Positions 52,316-64,000 of a DNA stretch of 64,000 nt are shown one piece after another. The first letter of the stretch is position 1. Each line of letters starts with the position of its first letter. Origin of the DNA: Camelus ferus (Eukaryota); contig NC_045697.1 of NCBI RefSeq assembly GCF_009834535.1, positions 622,001 to 686,000 of the forward strand, given 5' to 3'. Under the pieces are notes generated by a model, which was not told the origin of the DNA, did not search any database, and saw only the letters and a program-made list of their open reading frames with translations. The translations under genes and the position numbers were made by a program.

Positions 52316-55300
52316 AGGGGACAGCCCCCACCCCCACCCGTAGCCGCAGCCCCTTCCGCCATTCCTCCACACGCCCTGTCGGATGCTGCTTGTGCTTCAA
52401 CCATGTGGACCTCTGGCCACCCTCTGGCCTTAGGACCTTGGCCTTAGCTCCACGTCACCTCTTCCAGGAGGCCTCCCCAGTCTGCCCAGGCTGAAAGGGC
52501 ACTGCTCTCATCTCCTCCCCCAGGGCCCCCAGGTGGGCAGCCCCCTTGCTGGCCATGTACCTGGAAGCAGGTAATACTGTGGGCAGTCGGGCTGAGGTCA
52601 GCAGCCCCCCAGCTCACAGCCTGGCTTCCCTCCGCCCTGAACATCCTGCAGCCTCGCCCTCAGCTTTCCACCTTGGAGCCGCCTTTCTGCTGCCACAGCC
52701 TCACAGGCATGGACTTGGGTGACCAGCAGGCCCTGTGAGATCCGGAAGAACTGCGGTGAGTGGCGGGATTCTCAGCACCAGCACCAGCGCCGTGGGCTGG
52801 AGGAGCTGCAGGACTGGGGTGGGACAGGGCCCTGCAGTCAATCTGGCTGGGCTTCTGGGGGAGGACACCCCTCCCACTTCTGGGGGCCCATTGCTGGGGT
52901 GGGACAGCAAACAGTTAATTAAAAAACAGTAATGACTGTTCTGAGACAGCTGCCACCCGGGGCAGGGACTCGAGGATATTGGCCCATGGATCACTGTCCT
53001 GTGAGGGCCACTGGCTGGCTCTGCAGGAAGAGGTGGCCCTCTGGCTGGTCAGCACTGCCCTCCACCCTGAAAGCAATTTAATTCAGTTTCCTTTAATTAA
53101 GAAAGATGGTTCAGAGAAGATCTTCCATTGAAGAGCCTTTTTAGTACAGAATCGAATCCTCCCCTTGTCCCCAGCAAGCTGGTCAGCTGGTCAGCTGGTA
53201 CCCAAGGCAGTGTCTGTGGGCACTGTAAGCCTTCAGGTGCATGGGTGGATGAGTTGGTTGGGCAGTCAGGCTCCCAGACCGCTGGGATGGATCACTGTGG
53301 GGCGGAGCCCAGCGCTGGGTGCCCAGGCAGAGCCGCACTGTCCCCAGGCTCACCACTCGTCTTTGGTTGGTGGGCTGGTTGGGTGGTCAGACCTGGGGCT
53401 CCTGGGCGGCTAGTACTGCTGCCCTCCCCCAGCACTGGGTCTGCAGACTGCCTGTTCTGCTCACCTCATCCCAGCTCGCCCATGGAGTCCACACCTCCCC
53501 TTGGGGGCTGGTAGGATGGAGGGTGTGACTCACCAGACTCGGAACCCAGACTCCACGCCTCTGGTGCCCCAGCTGGGTCAGGGCAGGAACAGTTCTGGTG
53601 TGCTAGCCCCGCCCCTGCTGAGGACCCTGATGCTGGGTGCCAGGCAGGGGCAGGGCTGGCTCAGCCACTGTGTTCTCAGGGTTGCTGTGGCCAAGGGCCC
53701 AAGGGCAGGCGGGGGCAGCCCGATTGCATCACTGGTGGGTTGAGACTATGCCGTGAGCTCATCTTCCCCATGATGTGGCCGTCCAGTGTCTCAGCAGTGC
53801 TAGAGGGAGCCCAGGTCCCTGCTGCTCCTGCCCGCCCCCCCCCACCGTGGGGAGAAAGGCTTTAAAGGGCTGGCCAGGCCCCATGCCCTTGTCACCACCT
53901 CCATGACCTCTGAGAGGGCGCCCAGGGTCAGTCCTGGTGCCTCCTCTGCTTTGTCTGTACTCCTGGTGGCCTCATCCCACATCTGAGGACCCCAAATTCG
54001 CACCTCCAGCTGGCACACTCCTGATGGTCCCTGTGTTCCCAGCATCCTCTTTGGAATGTGCAGCATGTCCGCACCTGCCTCTGCCAGCAGCTCCCCTCGC
54101 CCCTTTGTCTGCATAGCCACACCCCACCTCTGTCTTTAGAGTGTTTCCTGGATGCCATGCCTCCACGGCCACTCAGCAGAGTGCAGTGGCCCCCTCCTAC
54201 CGCCTGAGCTCTGTGTCAGCCCTTTCTCTGCACCAGGAATCACCTGTGGGCTCCATGCACAGTAGCCGGATTCGCCCTCTGTGTAAGCCCCTGAGGACAT
54301 GGCCTGTCCACCTCTGGGACACCCAGCACCCAGACCAGGGCCCAGTGTGTGGAGGCCACTGGGTGTCCATTGGCTTAGCAGCTGTCAAGAGACTGCATAC
54401 ACAGCCTCCCAGCGCTGTCCCTGAAACGGATACAAGGATGTGGGGTGACAGGCAGGCAGGGCTCTGGGAGGGGAGCTGGGTGCTCCAGGGAGTACAGGTC
54501 CATAAGCATTGTAGGTAGAGTTGGGGGGCCATGGTCCCTAGACTGCAGTGAGGAGGGCCAGTTCTGATCATCCTCCTCACTGACCCATGCCCAGGGAAGC
54601 CCCCTGTTTGCGGGCACCGCCGGTGATTGTCACTGGGGCCCCTCCTCATCGGTTTCATGGCTGCACCCTCAACACTGACTTCAGCGCATGGGAGGGCTGG
54701 CCACCAGTGGGTGGCGAGGGTGCTCTGCTGGGCAGTTGGTCTGCTCATCCGACACCTGGCAGCCCCAAGCCCTGAGCTTGGAGGAGGCTAAGGAGGTCTT
54801 CGAGGAAGGGCCTATTGATTTTAATTACCCACAAACAGCCCACAGGGACAAAGGACTTTGGCTGTTTACATAGGGGCTGTGTGCACTATTGTGGAAGGAG
54901 AGATCCAACCAGCTGCCCTCATTATTACAATAATAATAAGGCCAAAATGCTGCTCGGGGCTGAGGGCATTTTTTTAAAGCAATAACCTCGCCACCTCGTG
55001 CCCTCACTGCTCCTCCTAGGCAGGCTTGAGCAACAAGGAGCAATTACATGCTGTCGATATTAATTCAATTAAATCCAGGTTATTTATCGGTATTATGGAA
55101 GAGGATTCTCTAGTCTCACAGAGATGGGAATGACTGAGGGAGTGGGCAGGGTACAGGCCTCAAGCAAAGCTGATTGTGGCACAGGCCAGAAAATCAGCAG
55201 GCATCCGGGAGAGGGGAGGAAGGGGTGGGGCATTGGGGGCCGCTTAGGTGGGCTTTCTCCTGGATTAGAATAGAAGTCAGGTTGGAAGGTGTTTGAGTCT

Positions 55301-55387
55301 TTGCTTTCCTACAAACCAGCTGAGTGGCCTTGGGATAGTCATCCAACATCTGCACCTTTGACTTTTCAGCTGATAATTGATTTTGGC

Positions 55388-56165
55388 TGATGATGGTGAT
55401 GATTTGACAATGGTGGTAAAGTTAGTGGAGATGACAAACGACATAGTTAAGGAGTTGATGGCAATGACAGCAATGGTGATGGTGGTGATGATGGTGGTGT
55501 GGTGGTGATGGTGGTGGTGCTGGTGATGGCGGTGGTGATGGTGGTGATGGTGGTGGTGGTGGTGATGGTGGTGGTGGTGGTGATGGTGATGGTGGTGATG
55601 GTGATGGTGATTGTGGTGTGGTGATGATGGTGGTGGCGGTGGTTGATGATGGTGGTGATGGTGGTGTGGTGGTGGTGGTGGTGATGGTGGTGATGGTGGT
55701 GGTGGTGGTGATGGTGGTGATGGTGATTGTGGTGTGGTGATGGTGGTGGTGATGGTGGTGATGGTGATGGTGGTGGTGGTGGTGCTGATGGTGGTGATGG
55801 TGATGGTGATTGTGGTGTGGTGGTGATGGTGGTGATGGTGATGGTGGTGTGGTGATGATGGTGGTGTGGTGGTGATGATGGTGGTGGTGATGGTGGTGGT
55901 GGTGGTGATGGTGTGGTGATGATGGTGGTGTGGTGGTGATGATGGTGGTTGTGGTGATGATGGTGGTGGTGGTGGTGGTGGTGATGGTGGTGATGGTGAT
56001 TGTGGTGTGGTGATGATAGTGGTGCGGTGGTGATGATGGTGGTGATGGTGGTGTGGTGGTGGTGATGGTGGTGGTGATGGTGGTGATGGTGGTGATGGTG
56101 GTGATGGTGGTGGTGATGGTGTGGTGGTGGTGGTGGTGAAGGCAAAGGTGGTGATAGTGAGCATG
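55388..56165 (+). repeat. About 0.75-kb compound (GGT/GAT)n triplet array, opposite in orientation to the 44.7-45.8 kb array
   Basis: Core 55473-56138 of GGT/GAT with recurrent GTGTGG phase shifts; flanked on both sides by MIR-like halves. Confidence 0.95.
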
Positions 56166-56554
56166 GTGAGGGGGGACAAGTGATGGGGAGTGATAATGGG
56201 GACAATGCCTGCCTTGCTGACTGCACACTGTTCATTAGATTAAACAGGATAGTAAGTTTTTAATAACTTGGCAGAATGCAAGAGGCTGTTACTCAAACGG
56301 GAGCCATGCCCTGCTTGGAATGCCTTGGATGAGCATCAGTGCCTGTTGCAGGATGGCCTCGCATTTGGGGCCTGGGTGCAGGGGAGAGCAGGCCACATGT
56401 CCTGGTGACACCTCCCGCTCCTCCCAGCTGCAGTGTAAGGTCCTGGAGAAGGCTCTGGGCAGCTGCCAGCTGTCAGGGGCCGAGAGCGGTGTCTGCTGAG
56501 CGCTGCCGGGGGGGCGGATGCTCCGCTACATGGACTTTAGAAGCCTTCTGGGAT

Positions 56555-56760
56555 GGCGCTGTTGGCAGGGCCGGGTTCCCCCCAGAAGTTCTCGGGGAGG
56601 ATCCTTCCCACCCCTTCCAGTTCCTGCTAGTGCCCCGCCATCCTCGGGGATCTTCTGGAAACCTTCTTGCCCACTCAGTACGTGTCTATTCTCTTCTTCT
56701 TGTAAGGACATCTGCCATTGTATTAAGGGCCCCTTGACTCCACCATGACCTCATCTTAAG
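56555..56760. mobile_element. MLT1-type LTR fragment
   Basis: gttggcagggccgggttcc..cttcttgtaaggacatctgccattgtattaagggccc..atgacctcatcttaa resembles MLT1A/C. Confidence 0.6.
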
Positions 56761-58339
56761 TGTCAGGAAGCCTAGGGTCAGTTGCTGGTGACCTCTCTAG
56801 AGAACCCTGCCCTCCTGTGCATGCCTGATCGTGCCCTGACTGTCAGACCATGTCCTCTGACCCGGCCTTGAACCACAACCAGAGCCAACTCAACTCTGCT
56901 CCGTGTGGAGCTTGCAGCCACTGCAATCCCCAGGGCTGTGAACGCTGCCTCTGGCTCCCACGGTGGGCTGCCCACTGCCTGGCGTCGGACACCGTGTCTA
57001 ACCAGCTGAGATCGACCTGTCTGGGGCTCCTCACGGCAGCTGAGTGATTTGATCTGAGCCCCAGACAGCAGTAGGGGCAGTAATTGGATGTTATGAGATC
57101 GGAGGGCCACTCTCTGAGGAGGGGGCAGTTCAGCGGCTGCCAGGCCACTGGAGGAGAGGGCTTCAGTTGGCAGGTGGGGGTGGGGCAGCCACTGTCCGCC
57201 AGAGATAAGCCCCTCATCCTCTGCTCCCTAATCTCCTGGCTGGGGTCACGGACGGAGCCTGAGGCAAGATGGAATGAACGTGGTCGCTGTCCGGCCACTG
57301 CCTGGGCCGGCTGTCCAGAGGGCACTGTACAATTAGTTTTAAATATCAATTTCACAGCTGCTCAGGGGAGGAGAAAGCGGGCAGGCGATGCTGCGAACTG
57401 CGTGTTTCTTGCTGGCCTGAACTTTGTAAGAAAAGGCAGAAGTTCTCATAGACGCGTCTGGTGGAGGGAGTGCCAGCACACCTCCTCTGGGGCCTTCCAA
57501 GATTTGCCTGAGTGCCCGTGGTCCCATCCTGGATCTGCTCCAACCTGACTGCAGGGCTTCCCCCTTCCAGCCCTACTCGGGACTTCTGTGCCTCTGTACC
57601 TTGTCCAGGGTAGCCCCTTCCTGCTCTTTCCTCAGGGTTGGCTGAAAGAGCTCCCTCCTCCAGGAAGCCCTCGAGGAGAGCTCCTTCTCAGACTAGGGAG
57701 CCAGGCAGAGCTTTTTCCTTCTTTCAGAGACTGGGCGTGCCTATGGCCCACTCACCCCCCAACTCTGGACCCCATCCTGTACCTGAAGCAGCTCTAGCCA
57801 GCCAGGCTTCGATGCTGGGAAGCTGGAGGAAGTGAGGCTGTGCCTGGCAGGGTTTGTAGAATGGGGTGGGGAGCTGGCTGGGATCAATGCTGGGGACAGG
57901 TAGAGGACACAGGGGACACTGGGAGGGAGGCCAGGTCCTGCTCCAAAGACAGGTGCTGGAGGGTGAGGGGCACGGATGGATCCCTCAGGAGGGGTCAGGC
58001 AGGGGATGGCATGGCGGAGGGACATCATGAGGAAGGTTCCACGGAAAAGGGAGGTCAGGGGCAAAGTCAGCTTGGAGGAGAGTGGAGAAAGCCTCACTCT
58101 TGGGGAGACAGGGCAAGCCTGGTGAAGTTTCTGCCGAGGCAGCCCACGGTGTTCCTCCCCCAGGCCTCTGACCCCACCTGACCAGGTACCAGGTACCAGT
58201 TACCCGGCCCACCTTGCCGCAGACAGGGAGGCTTCTGAGCCATCCTGGGCCTGACCGAGATGGCGAGGGGGGCCGGCACTTCCGGGGGTGGGGCATCCCC
58301 ACAGGTGCCGCTGAGCAGGTGCTCAAGGAATGTTTGTTG

Positions 58340-58960
58340 AGCAGAGGAATCCGCTCTCGGTGGCGGCGCCTGCATTCCTTCCCTCGGCCAAGTGGGTGTG
58401 AGCCGGGAGGGGAGGGCAGCGGACGTGGCTAGGGCGGTGCCGCCCCCAGGGCGCCCCCAGCTGTGGCCTCGGCCCCCCGGAGGGCCCAACGGCGGCCAGC
58501 GTCACCGGGCGGGCCGCGGGAAGCGCCAGGCGCGACCCGGTGTCCGCGCGGCTCTCACCCGCGGCGCCGCAGCGCAGGCAATTTATCTCCGTCTCCCCTC
58601 TCTTAGAGCACTTTTATCAAAATTGGCGGTCACACCGCGCTGAACCGTGGTGGCCTCAATCTTAAACGCCGCGCTGCAGATTTTAATTTGGGGAAGATTA
58701 ATGCGCTCGAGGCCTCGGCGGCGCCGCGCCCGTTATCGGGCCTGACGGGTGTCAGCGGTCCCCGCGCGCGCGTCCCCGTGTCCCTATGTCCCGCCGGGCC
58801 GCCGGCGGGCAGCGCGTTACGGGGTGGGGGGAGGGGCGCAGGATGAAGCCCCGGGCTGGGGTGTGTGGCGGGATGGGGCGCCGGGTGGGAGCCCCAGGCC
58901 CCAGCGCCGCCCTCCCCTGTCCCGCAGGCACCGCAGAGTCCAAGGCAGGCCCTCCAGGTG
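58340..58960. promoter_or_regulatory. Orphan CpG island with AT-rich core (58575-58745), candidate enhancer
   Basis: CpG-dense flanks around caatttatctc..ttttatcaaaattgg..gattttaatttggggaagattaatgcg. Confidence 0.6.
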
Positions 58961-61900
58961 TGACCCTCTGCGGGTCCACACCCCCTCCTCTGGCCTCCGG
59001 ACCTCACACCCCTTCCTGAGCCCTGGTTTTGGAATGTTGGTGTCCAGGCAGGGCCTCTCTTGATGTCCAGACCCCTAGATCCAAAGCTGGGAGTTCCTCG
59101 CCCTCATCTGGCCTCACCCCCACCGAGTCCCCCCAGATGGGAACTTGGGCTCCCCAGTCTGCCTCACGTCTTGCTCACAGCTGTCTCAGCAGCCTCTCCT
59201 GACTCCACCTCCAGGATCTCTCCAGAGCTGTAGCCCTCCCCCAGCCAGGCAGGCCCCCTGCTCAGTGCGCTGTGGCCCTGGACCCCACACTCTGTTGGCT
59301 GCATAGAAGGGGGATGGTCAGCTCATGCCGTCTTCTGTTCAGTGCTCCCAAGGGCTCCTACCTCCCTGGAGTAGGGGCCATCCCTGGCCCCAGCCCAGCA
59401 GGGCCCCTTCTCACCCCTTCTCCTGACCCCAGGCCCCCTGTCCTGTCCTTGCCTGTCCGCCTGCCCAGATGTGCTCTGTCACCATGGCCTCTCCAGGCCT
59501 GGAATCTTCCTCCCCTTGTTCCTCCTCCTCCCTGCACCGTGACCCTCCCCACGGCCCTGTCTGTCCCCCGCAGCCAAGGACAGCTCGTGGTGTCTGTCTG
59601 TCATCACCATCTCCCCTGCTAGCCTGGGGGCCATCTGCCCTGGTCCCCAGCTCCAGGGCAGTGTCAGCACACAGCAGGTGCTCAGGAAGTGCTGACTGCT
59701 GGGTGTGTCGCCCCCCACCCTGAGGTGCACTGGCCCGGGAGAGGGGACCAGCCCAGAGGTCTTGGACCCAAGGTGGGCCAGGATGAAGGCCAGGAGCCAC
59801 CCAAGGGAAGGATGGCATGGGTGGGGAGAGGTGAAGGACAGGGGTCAGGGAGGGCACCCTCTCTCCCCAGCACTCACTAGAGGTTCTGGGCCCACCTTGA
59901 GGCAGGGGTGGGACGGGACACTGGCCTATACATGGGTGTTCCTGGGTCCCTGAACTCTAGCCTCCCTGACCTGCCCCCCACCCCTACAGCCCACCTTGTG
60001 GCCTCCCTGGACCAACCCCGCGGTCCTGGGGAAAGCCTTCCATCCTCCTCCACCGGCTGAGAAGAGGGCAGGGCAGGCTCCCTGACCCCCATGGCTCTGG
60101 CTCTCCCTCGCCGGCCTCACCGCCACTCTGGGCACAAGTGAGCTGCAGGTGCCAACAGGGCTTGGGGGCATCACAGCGCACCCCCGACTGATGAGGCCCC
60201 CCACCCCAGGCACTGCAGAGTCAGTCTCAGAATATGTGGGTGCTTTTTGTGTAAAGTTAGTGGACAATAAAAGTAGGAAGCTGCTGGTTCCATTGATCAG
60301 CTGTGGGGCATTCATTCATTCATTCACCAATATTCACTGAATTCTGGCTGCTGGGGCACTGAGGGGGACACAACCCTTCCTGCCTATGAGCCACGTGTGC
60401 CTCTCACGGTGACCAGAGCTGAGAGAGCACCAAGGGGAGAAGGCTAGAAAGGCTAGTTCACGGAAAGCCGAGGGCACTGGGTGTGTGACGCCGGTGGTGG
60501 AGGGGCTCCCAGAGGCTGCTGTGCAGAGTGGGCAGGTAGGGGCGGGCAGAGTCTGGACAACAGATGTGTGGAGTAGGGAGCCGGGCCAACACACCAGGCT
60601 GGCTTTGCCTGAGATCCCTCTGGCTCGGTCTCCCACAGACAGACAGACAGACAGGGATAATGGGGAGGGGGCAGTGGGGACACGGTGCTAAGATGGCTCA
60701 GCTGTTCAGGCAAGAGCTAGGGGCCAGGCAGGGTGGGAGGGCATGGAGGGACAGGGCCGAGGATGAGGGAGGGGTCCAGGAGGACCCCTTGCTTGTGGCC
60801 CACTTGTTGGGAAGGTGTTTAGCTGAGATAGAAGGGCTCGTGTCCAGGTCTGGGCCCTTGGGCAGTGGGGGCAGGCAGCAGAGTCATCTGTGGGGCTGAA
60901 GTGGGGTCCTGTGGGGGAGCTGGGCGAGGGCCCTGGGGCTGTGTCCAGAGAGGAGGGTGGGCAGGGTTTCCCACCTCGGTGTGTGCACACTGGACTCCTG
61001 CTCTGGACTCAGAGCCCTGGTACCTGTGGGCACTCTTAGCCCTGCCTGAGTGGTCAGGGAGGGCTTCCTGGGGGAGGAGACCACAAGGGGAAGAACTGGG
61101 GAGAGGAGTCCAGGGCTGAGGACAGGGAAGGTGGGAAGCAGGCTGTGGGTGGTGGGATGCAGGGCGTGGGGGATGAGGCCAGGTATGCTGGGGTCTCAAG
61201 GCTGTGTGAGGGGCTGGCCTTGATCCTGTGGGTGGCAGGAGCCACTAGGGTGTCACACAGAGTGACTGGTCGCACCAGTGGGTGGGGGGAGGAGGTGGGG
61301 CCTGCCAGGGCAGCCCCCCGGGGAGGTCCCGTCCCCCCACCCCCTTCCTTGCACTGTCTTTCTCCTAGCGCATCTCCACAGAGCATCTTACACATTGGCT
61401 GGATTTATTGTTTACGATCTGCTTTTTCTGCTGATCACACCTACAGGTGTGCAAACTTGAGGCCTCAAGCCGTCCTGCCCACTGTCCCTGCTCTGTGCCT
61501 GGGGCTGAGGCACAGCAGGCCCTCAGCACACACCAAGCTGGGGCTAGGGGCATGGGGAGACCAGGCAGAGGGTGGAAGTGTGAGTCAGGGGGTGCATGGG
61601 TGGAGGGATGGATAGGAGGATGGGGGATGAATGGGGGGTGGGGGGTAGGTGGAGAGGCATCTGTTCCCAGGTTCCCTGAGCAGGTACTGATGGCCCATCC
61701 CTCCTTCCCGCCCAGTCAGGAGCCAAGTCTCCATCCATGAAGCGGAAGGGCAGTCACAGCGGACCCCTCCCTAGTCACATTATGGCCTGGCCTCAGGGAA
61801 GAAGTGACAGCGACTTGGAGGGAGGTCTCCTGGCTCAGTTGGATTGAGAACTTTCAACTCCTTCACAACTGCCCTGTCCATCTCTTGATGGGGAGGATGT

Positions 61901-62489
61901 GGACCTGGGACCCCGAACCAAGCCCCCCAGGCCACTCTGTAGACCAGATTGTGACCAGGTCACTGGGATTCCTTGTCACAAACCATGGAAACCAACTCCA
62001 GCTAATGCCAGTGTGCAGTGGGTGTGCTGGGACCCCTGGCAACATCTCAGAGTCTCCCCGTCCGGCCGGCTCTGCCGCCCAGCTGCTGTTGCCATGACAC
62101 CCATGCCTCCCACCCGAGCGGCCCGTGGGTTTGGGATCCTGGGAGGGTGCGTTTGATTGGCTCAGCCACAGTACTGCCAGGCACAGCTGGGGGTGGGGGT
62201 CCCAGGGCCTGTCCACTCTCACCCAGCACAGGAGAGGTGCTTTTCCAGGTGCCCTGGGGACCTGCCAGGAAGAGGACTGCCCGCGATGGCGTCTGAGGGC
62301 TCCCTGGACCTGATGTTAGACAGCCGAGCCCAAGGTCTCGCACCTGGGATTCAGAAGGAGGCCCCCCCACCCCGCAGCCACCAGCCACCGGGTGCCCCTG
62401 CTGGGAAAGGGTTCAGCCTGCACTGGGGAGTCATTCACAGGCTCGGTCTGTTGGAGAAAGACCATTTGAGTTTTCAAGATTATTCCTGG

Positions 62490-62915
62490 AATCTTCACAT
62501 ACAATTTGGAAGCCTAATAATTCATCAGGAATCCATTAAGTAGTAGACCCACGCGCCCCGTGACAGGCCTCTGGGGCTCGGCTCCCGCAGCCCTGCCGGA
62601 ACCGAGGTGCTGGGGCAGAGACGGCCCCACCCCTCGGAGGGCAAGGCTGGGGAGTCACCAAGTGTGGCGGAAATGAATTCGGCATCTTTCAGGGAGCAAA
62701 ATCATTGAGCTTACGGACTAAATTTAACAGCCTAATAGAAATATGCAGGTGCAGGTACAATTAATTTTAATTACTAGACTATACACTGTTGGTTGCACGG
62801 CCATGAGTAAAATTAAAATGGCAATCACAATTAGGAAATTGCGACCTCATTGTGCAGCAAATTAGTCACAAATTAAAGAGCGCCCACGCTGCCTCTCCTG
62901 TAGCTTTATGGCCTC
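62490..62915. promoter_or_regulatory. Candidate conserved non-coding enhancer
   Basis: Dense AATTA/TAAT cores (caattaattttaattac, aaaattaaaatgg, acaattagg, caaattagtcacaaattaaag) and a TTTATGG Cdx/posterior-Hox-type site in non-repetitive sequence. Confidence 0.6.
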
Positions 62916-64000
62916 TGTCCTCCCAGGAGGTGGGCCGGGCTCGCGGAGACGGCTGACCCCTTCCCGGGAGGCTCCCGCGCCCTCTGCAAACGCCCGGTAC
63001 CTGGGGCTCTGGCTGGGGATCTGGTAGGTGAGCCAGGCCAGGAAGTGGACAGCTCTTAGGTCACCCGCCCTCAAAGTGTCCACGTGGCCCTGTCCAGCAC
63101 GCAGGCTCCACTCACCTGATCCTGCCTGTGGCCCGAATCCACAGAAGGCCTTAGTTTCCCTCCAGAGGCGGGGTTGCAGCTTCAACAGGGTGGCCGTGAG
63201 CCCTGCAGAGGAGGACAGGACACCCGGGAGGCCGCACTCTCCTCCGTGGGGTGGGGGGCTGCCACTGCAGGGCACAGCCAGCCCCTTCTCTTCCCTCCCT
63301 CCTCAAGCGAGCTTGACCCGGCCTCACCTCTGGCCAGACCTCACTGTCCTCTCAGCGTTTCCATCCAGGGTCTCCAGACACCCCAAACACAACTCAACCA
63401 GCACAGAGTACTGGAGGGTCCCCTGTCCAGCCCTTTCTCCTCCAGGGAGCCGGACTCACTGCCCTACACGCCTTAGAATCTCAGCTCTCCCTCCCTCCTC
63501 CACTGGCTCACCCCATCTCAGCCTGGACTCAGACACCTGCCATCACCCCTGCTTAGGACCCTTCAGCAACTCCCTGTGCCACTAGGATGAAGGCACAGCT
63601 TCACCACACCAGGATCCTCAGGACCCTGGTCTCACCACAACCCCACCCCTTGAGCTGGGAGCCTCTGTTCTCTGTCCTCCAGCCTCACTGGCCTGTCCAG
63701 TCCTGGTTTTCATAGCTCCCTCCTAGCACTCTGCTTTTGTTCATGCTGTTCCCTCTGTGGAGATGCTGTTCCCTTTGCTCTGCTTGATCCTTCAGTTTCA
63801 GATGGGTCTCATGCGTCAACAGGTCCCCATGCCATGTGTGTCCCTGAAGGTGCCCGTGGCTGCTGGTCCACACTCATCTGTGTGGTTCACTGACCCCGAG
63901 CCCAGGTTTGTCTGTTTCTGTGTCCTTGGTGCCTACAGCGAAGCCAGGTCCCTGGGGAGGTGGGTGTGAGGGTCAGGGGGCAGGGAACGCAGCAGCCAGA

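Noticed and set aside
52771..52791. RE1-like CTCAGCACCAGCACCAGCGCC
   Set aside because: The GGAC core of the right half-site is missing.
55277..56235. His/Pro/Thr-rich extensin-like ORFs on the minus strand
   Set aside because: Artefacts of the GGT/GAT array with phase shifts.

Overview
Mammalian, GC-rich genomic DNA; a tRNA-Ala-derived SINE resembling Vic-1 suggests a camelid. The window holds the last two coding exons of UVSSA (+, 1098-1272 and 2712-2805) and, tail-to-tail, the complete two-exon homeobox gene NKX1-1 (-, 19733-19265 and 17107-16224, 450 aa), the same gene order as human 4p16.3. About 44 kb upstream of NKX1-1 has no recognisable coding exon. It carries many short AT/TAAT-rich islands that look like conserved developmental enhancers, two orphan CpG islands, decayed L1/MLT1/MIR/L2 repeats and two long, oppositely oriented CAC/GGT triplet arrays. 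I see no new gene or enzyme system, and almost all ORF-track entries are GC-rich or repeat artefacts. The best leads are regulatory: a tandem pair of near-perfect REST RE1 sites about 4.3 kb upstream of NKX1-1, a strong-Kozak 4-codon uORF, a compact 3'UTR with Pumilio and miR-302/miR-17 sites, triplet arrays that appear to have expanded inside MIRs, and an L1-in-L1 insertion with a 13-bp target-site duplication. Repeat family names and conservation claims come from remembered consensus sequences, not from searches.
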